Positions 1 through 9,815 of a stretch of 37,237 nt of DNA are shown piece by piece; position 1 is the first letter of the stretch, and the number at the start of each line of letters is the position of its first letter. The notes beneath the pieces were generated by a model, which saw nothing but the letters and a program-made list of their open reading frames with translations, had not been told where the DNA came from and did not search any database. Origin of the DNA: Octopus bimaculoides. Taxonomy: Eukaryota. The position numbers and the translations under genes were made by a program. The stretch lies in assembly GCF_001194135.2 (NCBI RefSeq), contig NC_068981.1:178783105-178820341 (forward strand), given 5' to 3'.

Positions 1-5
1 ACATA

Positions 6-218
6 CGAGGGGGTGTTGAATAGTTCCTGAGTTTGGGTAAAAAATACAAAAGGGCCAGTTAATTATAATTTTATTCAACATATTCCCCTTTCAGATCCAC
101 CCACTTATTGCAGCGGTTCTTCAGTTTTTCTAAGCCCTGTAAAAGAATTCGGAAGGTTGGGCTTTCAACCAAGCCTTTCGCAATACCATTAAAGCCAGGC
201 ACTTTTTAGTACCCCTCG
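6..218 (-). mobile_element. Mariner-derived MITE (213 bp) retaining the transposase C-terminus
   Basis: Imperfect TIRs CGAGGGGGTGTTGAATAGT (6-) and ACTTTTTAGTACCCCTCG (-218), with TA on both sides (4-5, 219-220). The minus strand reads KAWLKAQPSEF/LQGLEKLKNRCNKWVDLKGEYVE*, matching the mariner C-terminal G-E-Y-V-E motif. A second copy lies at 29310-29530. Confidence 0.88.
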
Positions 219-231
219 TACGTTTATGCAT

Positions 232-288
232 GCATACATACATACATACATACATACATACATACATACATACATACATACATACATA
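232..288. repeat. (ATAC)n microsatellite
   Basis: Directly visible. Confidence 0.95.
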
Positions 289-869
289 GACATATGAATT
301 AAATGAAATTTATTAGAATGCCTTTGATATTTAGTCATTATTTTGTTGAAAGTTGTCTTATTAGATAATGCTTTTATGTAACTCCAGGTCACCATGATCG
401 AACAGACTCAGTGCAATCCACAGTTCCGTTTAATTCAGAACCATATTTCCCATTCTGACGCGAAATGGTTGATTGAATGTTGTGCAATATAACGATCTGG
501 GACTGTTCTCCTCGTACTAACCAATCTGTTGATGTTCACAACGGCGGCAACAAAGGTGAAATCGATGCGAGCCAAACGACTGCTGCTCTCTGTACTTACT
601 ACTGATACTATACATCCTAGCGATAATTAAGGTTAATGGTGCTTGTGATGTTGTTATTTTGTGCATATTTGTTGTTGTTGTTGATGTTTTTTTTTGTATA
701 TCTGGACTGAGTTGAAGAGATAGCGTTGTAGATGTTGGTGCAGTAATGTTGTAAAGCGTTTCAGATGTATCAGTTTGGTGGTGATTACAAATGTAATGAT
801 AGTGATCATAAGAGTTATAACTTGTTGCAATAGCAAGCCGTCTGCATCGCATGTCCAAATAGTCTTCTA

Positions 870-2270
870 TTTTTAATAATTTTGCATCATTGTGTGAGTG
901 TGTGCCAATAGTGTGTGGGAGTTCAACCTGAGATAATGTAAAATGTGCTGATTTGCGTTCTTTATGAAAGACTGGATGCGCAGACAGGATTGAATGTATA
1001 ACTCATCCAATAATGTTGCTGTTTCTTTGTGCTGGTTGAATAACATGCCTATGAATGCTAGAAATATATCTGTGAGACGTTTTGCATTCTTTACTATGTC
1101 ATCTACATGTCTTATGATAAAATGTAAAATGTGCTGTTTTGTGTTCTTTATAAAAGACTGGATGCACAAACAAGATCGAATGCATAATTCATCCAATAAT
1201 GTTGCTGTTTCTTTGTGCTGGTTGAATAACATCNNNNNNNNNNNNNNNNNNNNNNNNNNNNNNNNNNNNNNNNNNNNNNNNNNNNNNNNNNNNNNNNNNN
1301 NNNNNNNNNNNNNNNNNNNNNNNNNNNNNNNNNNNNNNNNNNNNNNNNNNNNNNNNNNNNNNNNNNNNNNNNNNNNNNNNNNNNNNNNNNNNNNNNNNNN
1401 NNNNNNNNNNCTCATCCAATAATGTTGCTGTTTCTTTGTGCTGGTTGAATAACATGCCTATGAATGCTAGAAATATATCTGTGAGACGTTTTGCATTCTT
1501 TACTATGTCATCTACATGTCTTATGATAAAATGTAAAATGTGCTGTTTTGTGTTCTTTATAAAAGACTGGATGCACAAACAAGATCGAATGCATAATTCA
1601 TCCAATAATGTTGCTGTTTCTTTGTGCTGGTTGAATAACATCCCTATGAATGCTAGAAATATATCTGTGAGACGTTCGGCATTCTTTACTATGTCATCTA
1701 CATGTCTTAAGAATGTTGAGGAGGTGTTGTTTGTAATTCCTAGTATTTTTTGTCATCAGTGTTTATGTGTGTGGTATGTTCAGATTGTTAAGTGGGATGG
1801 TTGGTTGCAACTCATATTCTCTGATGTTGTTGATAAAAACGGATAAGGGTGGGTTTAGTAGGTGTTGCTGTAAAATCTGTTGTTTTAGAACCAGATTTCT
1901 AGGTGGTTGATGTAGGATTGGAGAAATTGCGATTTACTTCAGGGAATAGTGGAAATATATATATTTTTTGTTTTTACATGAAATCGAAATGCTTTATTTC
2001 TAGTGGGAATATGTGATTGTGAGAGTCATTTTTGTGCAGTGTTGTGTATATAACTGAGGAGTGCGAAAGGTCGGTTCAGTACTGATAATTAGTGTAAGCA
2101 AAAGGACATATCCCTGAGGCACACCATTCGGAATATTGCAGATTCTTGATAATGTGATACTTCATAGGCTTGTCGGCTTGATGAGTAATATTCTAGCTAA
2201 CATATTGAGTTGTTTCTTAGTGCCGGTGAAAGAGGATGTTAGCCATTGTATTTACTAGGGAGGTCGGCAC
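870..2270 (-). mobile_element. Degraded non-LTR retrotransposon RT region, I-group (I/Nimb/Loa/R1-like)
   Basis: Minus strand shows RQAY..NGVPQG (~2125-2190), HLEIW (~1900), and KILGIT..RHVDDIVKNAKRLTDIFLAFIGMLFNQHKETATLLDELCIRS. The last matches the KILG.TF..HI..I...A......LKAL.G..WG..KET.....K..IRS pattern of I-group LINEs. Many stops and frameshifts. Confidence 0.75.
935..1712. repeat. 186-bp tandem duplication inside the LINE, further duplicated across an N-gap
   Basis: AATGTAAAATGTGCTG occurs at 935 and 1121. (C/T)TCATCCAATAATG occurs at 1002, 1188, 1411 and 1597, a period of 186 on each side of the gap. Confidence 0.9.
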
Positions 2271-2310
2271 TATTAAAAATAAATAAATAAATAAATAGAT
2301 ACCGAATAAA

Positions 2311-2920
2311 GGCGCAGAAGTGGCTGTGTGGTAAGTAGCTTGCTTACCAACCACATGGTTCCGGGTTCAGTCCCACTGCGTGGCACCTTGGGCAAGTGTC
2401 TTCTACTATAGCCTCAGGCCGACCAAAGCCTTGTGAGTGGATTTGGTAGACGGAAACTGAAAGAAGCCCGTCGTATATATATATANNNNNNNNNNNNNNN
2501 NNNNNNNNNNNNNNNNNNNNNNNNNNNNNNNNNNNNNNNNNNNNNNNNNNNNNNNNNNNNNNNNNNNNNNNNNNNNNNNNNNNNNNNNNNNNNNNNNNNN
2601 NNNNNNNNNNNNNNNNNNNNNNNNNNNNNNNNNNNNNNNNNNNNNNNNNNNNNNNNNNNNNNNNNNNNNNNNNNNNNNNNNNNNNNNNTATATATGTATG
2701 TGTGTTCGTGTGTCTGTGTTTGTCCCCTCCCCAATCGCTTGACAACCGATGCTGGTGTGTTTACGTCCCCGTAACTTAGCGGTTCGGCAAAAAGAGACCG
2801 ATAAAATAAGTACTAGGCTTCCAAAGAATAAGTCCTAGGGTCGATTTGCTCGACTAAAGGCGGTGCTCCAGCATGGCCGCAGTCAAATGACTGAAACAAG
2901 TAAAAGAGTAAAGAGAGAGT
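2311..2920 (+). mobile_element. tRNA-derived SINE, family A, full length with internal microsatellite
   Basis: A-box TGGCTGTGTGG (2321) and B-box GGTTCAGTCCC, then CCTTGGGCAAGTGTCTT, a central (TA)n with gap, and a 3' tail CTGAAACAAGTAAAAGAGTAAAG. Same sequence as copies at 9816, 11138 and 30990. Confidence 0.92.
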
Positions 2921-3230
2921 AATTACAGGGAACATAATTCTCTGTCATAAGTTATAGGTGTTGTTGTATATGATATAAAGTGTGAGCCATTAAAACATTC
3001 AAGGAATCTCTGTGATGCTATTGTACTTTGCTTTAAATTTACAATAGTTTCGTTCAGTTTTCGATTTGGGGGATTTGACAATGTTGGTATGCGTAGTTCT
3101 ATATACTGGTGAGTGCAATGAGTCTTTCAGCTCCTATCATGATTTTGTTAGGTCTTCAGTTTGTTTTTTAGAATTTGGATTTCAATATGGCTTCTCTTGC
3201 GTTTGTGGGAAGAAAATGATTAAAAGCATG
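2921..3230 (-). mobile_element. Upstream RT-proximal part of the same I-group LINE
   Basis: Minus strand reads LTSI*NYAYQHCQIPQI, the L..IYN......IP..WK motif preceding YRPISL in LINE RTs. Correct side and strand relative to 870-2270. Confidence 0.6.
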
Positions 3231-3238
3231 GTCTAGAT

Positions 3239-3515
3239 CAATGGTTCTCAACCATTTTTTGCTTGTGGAACCCTTTGATTCCTATTTTATTCTACTGCAC
3301 ACCCATAGCCATTTTGAAGTTTAAAAATATCCCATTATATTTGTATAATTAAATATTATAGGGAATTGTATAAAAAATTGTTAAAATATTTTGTACATTG
3401 CTAGATGTATAACCGATTTTTGTACATAACTTTTAACAACTAAATCTTATATGGACTCCCAAGGGTCATATACCCGCAACCCAAGAGTAATATAGACCCC
3501 AGTTGAGAACCACTG
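3239..3515. mobile_element. hAT (Charlie-like) MITE
   Basis: TIRs CAATGGTTCTCAAC / GTTGAGAACCACTG. 8-bp TSD GTCTAGAT (3231-3238) / GTCTTGAC (3516-3523) resembles the NTCTAGAN Charlie target consensus. Confidence 0.85.
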
Positions 3516-4730
3516 GTCTTGACAATAAGGTAGAAATGTTGTGTTTCGTTTTCCTGTCATCTTTGTTTGGTTTTCGGTGGCTGACTTTTGCTTGCTTTTT
3601 TGGAGTGCTGGTGTATTATCTGAAGTTGTAACTTTGAATTCAGAAGTAATGCAGTCATTGATATGCAGTTGCTGATATTACTAATTATTTGAAACTACAG
3701 AAAGAAATAAGTAGTAGGTAATGTCTAATTTTGAATTCGGCTATTCGTTATCTGTTATGAGTGAAACATATACCTTTGAAAAAAATATTAATCTTTCATA
3801 CGTTCTTTAAGATGATCGTAATTTATGAACGTAAGAAAAATTCAAATTACTATAAAGACGTTTATTTCTTATCAAAAGAGAAAATTGAAAATGGCATGTA
3901 GTAACTTGCATACTTTTCTGTAAAATACATTACCAGTCAACAAAAATTTCATCTGCATAAAAAACTCGATTATTATATCTCTTAACGTCAGTAATATTTA
4001 TTTACTTATTTATTTACCTTTTTGTTTTACTTTCTCTAATTCCTATTCAGTTCTCAATTGTTGCTGATATGTGTATTCAAATAACCGTTGTATATTGCAT
4101 AAAATACCTTGACTTTTATTTTGTAATTTTTTTAGTGATGGACACAGTCGTAAACAATTACATCTTTTTAACACTTAATGTTTCCTTCTCTTTTCGTTGG
4201 CCACTACAATTTTTATGATGTCAAATCCATCGAAGATTTCCTTTCGTATATCACACATCATTTGGTTTTGAGAATTTTGTATAAAAATTCCTCAGTGTCT
4301 CATGCAAATTAATCTCTAATACAAAAAAAAAAAAGACCCAAAAAAAGAACAGCGTGCGTTTATGGAATCCGTTTCCCTCTCATTTCCTGAATTAGAAAGT
4401 TTTTGTTGGACCATTTTCACCGCTAACCAGATACATTTATGTGCGCCCATTCGTGAGCACATTTCACACATATGCAACTGTGACACGTCCTTATTACTTA
4501 CATAAAATCGGAGCTAAAATTCTGAGGAGAATGTGACGTATTAGTTTCATTCAATCAATATGTATATAACATATAACATAGTATTCTCCCTTATCTAAGA
4601 ACATAAGTTTTCATATTCTTTATAACTTGGCTTTAAATTCACACAGACACATACATACATGCATACATACATACATACGTACGTACGTACATACATACAC
4701 ACAGACACTCATTCACGCACACACTCGCAC

Positions 4731-4764
<34 letters not shown>

Positions 4765-4884
4765 GTGTATGTGAATGTGTGTGTGTGTGAATGAATAAAT
4801 GCATGTACGTCATTATTAAGTTTTATTTCAAAATTTCTTGCCACTTGCGCTATAACATAAAAATATTTTTTTTAATAGATAAAG

Positions 4885-5250
4885 GTGTAACTATACATAG
4901 CTGTATGTTAAGAAGTTCACGTTTAAACCACATGATTTTCGGTTCAGGAGGCATCTTTGGGCGTGAGTCTTATAGCCCCATGTCGACCAATGCTTTCTCA
5001 GTGAATTTAGTTGACAGAAACTGAATGGAAGCTTGTCGTATATATACATATATATATATGTGTATGCGTGTGGGTACGTATTTGTGTCTTTGTCCCCATT
5101 GCAAGAAAACTAGCATTCAGTTGTAAAAGAGACTTATAAGTACTAAGTTCAAAATAAGTGCTCTGGGGTTGATTTGTTAGACAACCCTTCAAGGCAATTC
5201 GTCAGTATGGCCGTAGTCCATTGACTGAAGCAAGAAAAATAAAGTAGTAA
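4885..5250 (+). mobile_element. SINE family A, old degenerate copy
   Basis: Collinear similarity to 2311-2920: head, ACAGAAACTGAATGGAAGCTTGTCGTATATA, central TA/TG tract, tail CAGTATGGCCGTAGTCCATTGACTGAAGCAAG. Confidence 0.8.
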
Positions 5251-6212
5251 AATAATAGAATTAGTATTAATTAAGGACTCACACAAACAAACGCATGTTT
5301 CTGAAAGAGGGAAAATAAATAAAAATTAGAGAAGGAAAATTACAGCGATATAGAGATGAGAAAAGAAAGATCTCTTTAAAAAAAAGAATGAAAAAGAAAA
5401 CTGGTTTCCGTATTTAAAGAGAAGCAATGATTTACCGTTTCACAATTCCTGAAGTGCTTGGATCATTCAAATACCAAAATAGAACTCTTAAGAGAACACC
5501 CAGAAAACACTTATGGAACGCATAAAGGAAGTCCTATGAGAATACTTAAGTAAACGCTTATGGGAACTGTTATGGGAATATTACAGTAGAACCCTACATC
5601 CTCACCGAACGTTACGAACAGAATTTAAGATAAAGCGATTTATTAATCAGAAATACTACCCAGTAATTTGGCGGACAACAGCAAGCTATCTAAACCCTTA
5701 AGAGGCACTTTCATGACCTGATTGATAAGGTATTATTTAGGTTTCTGCTGTCAGTGGCACAAACACATCTTTATTTGGTATTGAATATACTATTCGGCTC
5801 AGAGTACTGTTGTTTTCTTTTACCTCAATGTAGTGAAAAAGCACCCTAGCAATTAAATAATATAGAAGCTTTGATTTTTTTCTTGTTTAGCATACGTTTG
5901 AAAACTCTTTTCTACTCATAAGAAGATTATTGGTAAATCTATCTGTTATTATGTCGGTGTAACTTCCTGTATTTTAATCCTTTAGAAAGCTACGATAGTT
6001 CATAGAACCAGTAATTTTTTACTTGCTACCTTACAATTAAACGGATTGGAAACAAAATCTCTCTAGTTTCTCTCTTCCCTCCTCCTTGTTTCCCACCACA
6101 TTTCTCTCTCTCCCTCTCTCCCTTTCTCTTTTTCTTTTGTTGCTAACTTATCTATTTCTACACAGGGAATAAGACAAATAAGGATTTTTTGTATACTATG
6201 ACAATAAGTTAC

Positions 6213-6325
6213 AAGCATGGCTGTGTGGTAAAGAAGTGCGTTCCTTCACCATATCACGTGGTTGCGGATTGCTTCGTACCGCGGGGAGCCTAGGGCAAGT
6301 GTCTTCTACTATAGTGACTGGGGTT
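6213..6325 (+). mobile_element. SINE family A 5' fragment
   Basis: GCATGGCTGTGTGGTAAAGAAG...CCTAGGGCAAGTGTCTTCTACTATAG matches the family A head. Confidence 0.75.
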
Positions 6326-6401
6326 GATCTATGTCTTCTGAGCGCTAATGCAGAAAACTGTTTATTACAGTAGCGCTGCTTCTATTTCATATTTGAATAT
6401 A

Positions 6402-6432
<31 letters not shown>

Positions 6433-6583
6433 ATCATAAATATATAGGGATTGACAGTAACCTGCTTCTCCAACATACTGAGAATTCAGAAATAGCAGTC
6501 AAAGAACTACTGATTTCAAAACTACAAATTATTACTCTAGATTGATAGCGATATTTTTGATACACACAGAACAAAAAACAGTA

Positions 6584-7350
6584 NNNNNNNNNNNNNNNNN
6601 NNNNNNNNNNNNNNNNNNNNNNNNNNNNNNNNNNNNNNNNNNNNNNNNNNNNNNNNNNNNNNNNNNNNNNNNNNNNNNNNNNNNNNNNNNNNNNNNNNNN
6701 NNNNNNNNNNNNNNNNNNNNNNNNNNNNNNNNNNNNNNNNNNNNNNNNNNNNNNNNNNNNNNNNNNNNNNNNNNNNNNNNNNNNNNNNNNNNNNNNNNNN
6801 NNNNNNNNNNNNNNNNNNNNNNNNNNNNNNNNNNNNNNNNNNNNNNNNNNNNNNNNNNNNNNNNNNNNNNNNNNNNNNNNNNNNNNNNNNNNNNNNNNNN
6901 NNNNNNNNNNNNNNNNNNNNNNNNNNNNNNNNNNNNNNNNNNNNNNNNNNNNNNNNNNNNNNNNNNNNNNNNNNNNNNNNNNNNNNNNNNNNNNNNNNNN
7001 NNNNNNNNNNNNNNNNNNNNNNNNNNNNNNNNNNNNNNNNNNNNNNNNNNNNNNNNNNNNNNNNNNNNNNNNNNNNNNNNNNNNNNNNNNNNNNNNNNNN
7101 NNNNNNNNNNNNNNNNNNNNNNNNNNNNNNNNNNNNNNNNNNNNNNNNNNNNNNNNNNNNNNNNNNNNNNNNNNNNNNNNNNNNNNNNNNNNNNNNNNNN
7201 NNNNNNNNNNNNNNNNNNNNNNNNNNNNNNNNNNNNNNNNNNNNNNNNNNNNNNNNNNNNNNNNNNNNNNNNNNNNNNNNNNNNNNNNNNNNNNNNNNNN
7301 NNNNNNNNNNNNNNNNNNNNNNNNNNNNNNNNNNNNNNNNNNNNNNNNNN
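6584..7350. other. Assembly gap. Others: 1234-1410, 2486-2688, 9896-9905, 13532-13624, 17907-18875, 23294-23849, 24650-24659, 27026-27136, 32185-32220, 34413-34422
   Basis: Runs of N. Most abut a microsatellite on at least one side, as expected for a short-read assembly. Confidence 0.99.
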
Positions 7351-7499
7351 AGAGAGAGAGAGAGAGAGAGATGAAATACTGAAGGTAAGTACTGGGGTAT
7401 ATGATGCCTGAAAGCTGTGTGCCAGTATAGTTGCAGTAAAAGACCAGAATCCTCAAAGAATACAACACTTAAAGTGGAATGTAGATCCTTTTTAATACA

Positions 7500-7900
7500 G
7501 CATTACATTACTTTATTCAGCCCTTCGCTCCCTATGGAGCGTAGGCCATCGGCAGTTTTTTCATCCCTGTTATCGACTCTGGGCTGTCTTTTCTGTTTCT
7601 CTCCAGTTGGTTTCCTGCTTTTTTCCAGCTCTGATTCAGTAATCCCGTTTTCAGTTATTTTTAGTTCCTCCGCTTCCTCGTGGGTTCCGGGTCAGAGTTT
7701 GCCTTTCGAATTTTGCTGCACTTCGTCGTTTGTTTCCTTGAAGGAAGGTTTTCCTCTCCCAGGTCTTGTTGGTTTTGAATTGTCATCGGGGTTTCTGTAA
7801 CTTCGCTTTTTTCTAGGTAGTGGTGTTCACCTTGCACAAACCTTCTTGCTTCTGGTATCCATCCTTTGACCTGTACAGCACGAGAGGCTCTATCAACTGC
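7500..7900 (-). mobile_element. RTE-clade LINE 3' end, degraded
   Basis: Minus strand reads RQTLTRNPRG...ESELEK...DGLRSIGSEGL followed by a short TAATG tail. This matches the RTE C-terminus RQALxWNPQG...DGLCSxGSEGL. VLY upstream corresponds to LLYG.E.W. Confidence 0.75.
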
Positions 7901-8021
7901 TTGCGGTCCACTGGTATAGCTCTCAGAATCATTGACACACAGAAACTACCACACCGCAACGAGGACTGGACCTTGATGTAGGCAGATTCACATGCCGTTT
8001 GCTAATTTTGTCATGCACCTT

Positions 8022-8170
8022 TCACAGGTCTGAAAACTTCGAGGAGGGGGCTAGTCGATTACACCCATACCAGTATCCAACTGGTTTTTGTTTTATCGAC
8101 ACCGAAAGGATGAAAGGCAAAGATGACCTCGGCCGAGTGTGAACTCAGAACGTAAAATTGGACGAAATAA
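8022..8170 (-). mobile_element. SINE family B (Meta-domain-like), partial
   Basis: TTTTATCGACACCGAAAGGATGAAAGGCAAAG...TGAACTCAGAACGTAAA is the reverse complement of a B-box plus GCCTTTCATCCTTTCGGGGTCGATAAAATAAGTACC core. Confidence 0.85.
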
Positions 8171-8769
8171 ACTATTAAATCAGGATATATGTTTATAAAA
8201 TACCTTTCAACTGCAGTCGTTTTATATTCTTGATACACTGAGGCAATAATCATTTTCTTTAATGTTTGTATATGTATATGTTTGTGTAGGCGTGTGTGAT
8301 TATAATAATTATTTTTAACAAAAGAGATAAAATAAGGATGGTAAATCACATTAATACACTTGTCATTGTTATCTAGTGGTTGTCTTTTGAGATGTGACAT
8401 CGATCATCGTTTGTTACTGAAAGAACGCTGGTTCACACATACAAACATTCACATGCTTACTTTGTACACGCACACACATACACATACTCACGCAGAATTG
8501 AAACGCTGTTTGATTTTTCTTTTCAGCGCTGAGTGTTCACCATCCCACTTCCATTGCACACACACGCACACACACACACACATTTACATACCTCCCTTTT
8601 ACATACACATACATATACTCACACAGAGTTGAAACGCTGTTTGATTTTTTTTTGCCATCGTAGAATTAACATCATTCCACTACCAAGTTTGCTATCATCC
8701 CTTCCTTCTTTATTCATCTAGCATCCCTTCCTTTCTCAATTCATGTGTTATAACGGAGAAAAACACAAG

Positions 8770-8943
8770 ATTATTATTATAGTAGAAGACTGTACAAAAA
8801 TGTGTTAAAATATTTCGTGAATTATAGGAGAATAACTAATTTATTGCATATATACAGCAAAATCTTATATGAACTCCCAAGGGCCATATGGACCCCCCCC
8901 CCAAGGAGGTCCATATGCCCCCCCCCCCGATTGAAAACAACTG
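8770..8943. mobile_element. hAT MITE, 3' part (same family as 3239-3515)
   Basis: AAATCTTATATGAACTCCCAAGGGCCATATGGACCC...GATTGAAAACAACTG parallels 3440-3515. Confidence 0.7.
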
Positions 8944-8947
8944 GCTT

Positions 8948-9109
8948 AGTCGAACAAATCGATCCCTAGTACTTAAATTCATTTTAAACTCTTGTATCTA
9001 TTGTATCGATCAATTTTGCCTAACCGCTTGTTTACAGGGACGTAAACAAACCAGCACCGGTTTCAAGCAGTTGTGGGGTCAGACACAGACACATACGCGT
9101 AGACACACA

Positions 9110-9110
<1 letters not shown>
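8948..9110 (-). mobile_element. SINE family A 3' half, followed by its (CA)n tract (to ~9225)
   Basis: CAATTTTGCCTAACCGCTTGTTTACAGGGACGTAAACAAACCAGCACCGG is the reverse complement of 2750-2800. Confidence 0.8.
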
Positions 9111-9193
<83 letters not shown>

Positions 9194-9300
9194 TACATAC
9201 ATACATACATACATACACACACACAAAACCATACATATATCTAGAGTTGGTGATGCAAACCGGAAAATAGAACTAAAATCATGTGTATATACGATTTTTA

Positions 9301-9424
9301 TTTATTAATAATCGGAAGAAGTAACAGAGTGACTCGCGGGCTAAAAGTCTGATGCGATCGCACTTATCAACGTACAAAATTCTCGGCCCTAGAGTCAATC
9401 TGTGACCTGCTGATTATTAATAAA
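9301..9424. repeat. Imperfect 124-bp palindrome (fold-back)
   Basis: The left arm TTTATTAATAATCGG..GTAACAGAGTGACTCGCGGGC aligns with the reverse complement of the right arm, TTTATTAATAATCAG..GTCACAGATTGACTCTAGGGC. Arms ~45 bp, loop ~30 nt. Confidence 0.85.
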
Positions 9425-9439
9425 CGCATATATATATAA

Positions 9440-9802
9440 AGAGACTTAGAAATATTAATAACTCTATTTCTGAAAACCAGTGGATGTATTCCACTGAAAT
9501 TAGATAAATAACCTTCCTACAGATAGTCAGTAGCGACGCCTGCTGGGCTCTCGGCTGCTCTGCATTGACAAGGGGCAATACCCTGAAACTAGTCAAGTCT
9601 GCAGATGCCAAACCAGCAAGGGGAAGCTGCTGACCTCCCCTGTTCGAAGGTTATAAAGGACACAGTTTCGTGTGTCACATAGCTAATCCACGGCAGCATT
9701 CGTCCTAATTTTGGGACTGCCATGTTGGCTTGGCGATAACTATTAATTTCCAGTACCGCTGCCGTAGTCTCCTTTAGAGAGACTTAGAAATATTAATAAC
9801 TC
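9440..9802 (+). mobile_element. Retrozyme-like / Penelope pseudo-LTR-like unit, 338-bp monomer with 25-bp terminal direct repeat
   Basis: AGAGACTTAGAAATATTAATAACTC at 9440-9464 and 9778-9802, flanked by (TA)n on both sides. GC-richer interior with several hairpins and a hammerhead motif. Confidence 0.65.
9541..9618 (+). ncRNA. Type I hammerhead ribozyme (U3-A8 core variant), predicted cleavage after GUC 9597-9599
   Basis: Stem I TCTGCA 9559-64 / TGCAGA 9600-05, extended by GGC/GCC and TGCTGG/CCAGCA. Core TTGACAA 9565-71 (consensus CUGANGA). Stem II GGGG-CAATA-CCCT, then GAAA 9585-88. Stem III ACT/AGT with AGTCA loop. GUC triplet. Confidence 0.72.
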
Positions 9803-9815
9803 ATATATATATATA

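Noticed and set aside
2311-2380. tRNA genes (also at 22115 and the family B heads)
   Set aside because: A and B boxes are present but no complete cloverleaf is evident, and each continues into a SINE body.
5505-5585. Degenerate (CTTATGGGAAC)-like periodic motif
   Set aside because: Only four loose matches with irregular spacing; cannot be distinguished from decayed low-complexity DNA.
9440-9802. CRISPR-like repeat-spacer reading of the 25-bp repeat (or of the 18-bp minisatellite)
   Set aside because: Only two copies 338 bp apart, eukaryotic context, no cas genes. The minisatellite has no spacers.
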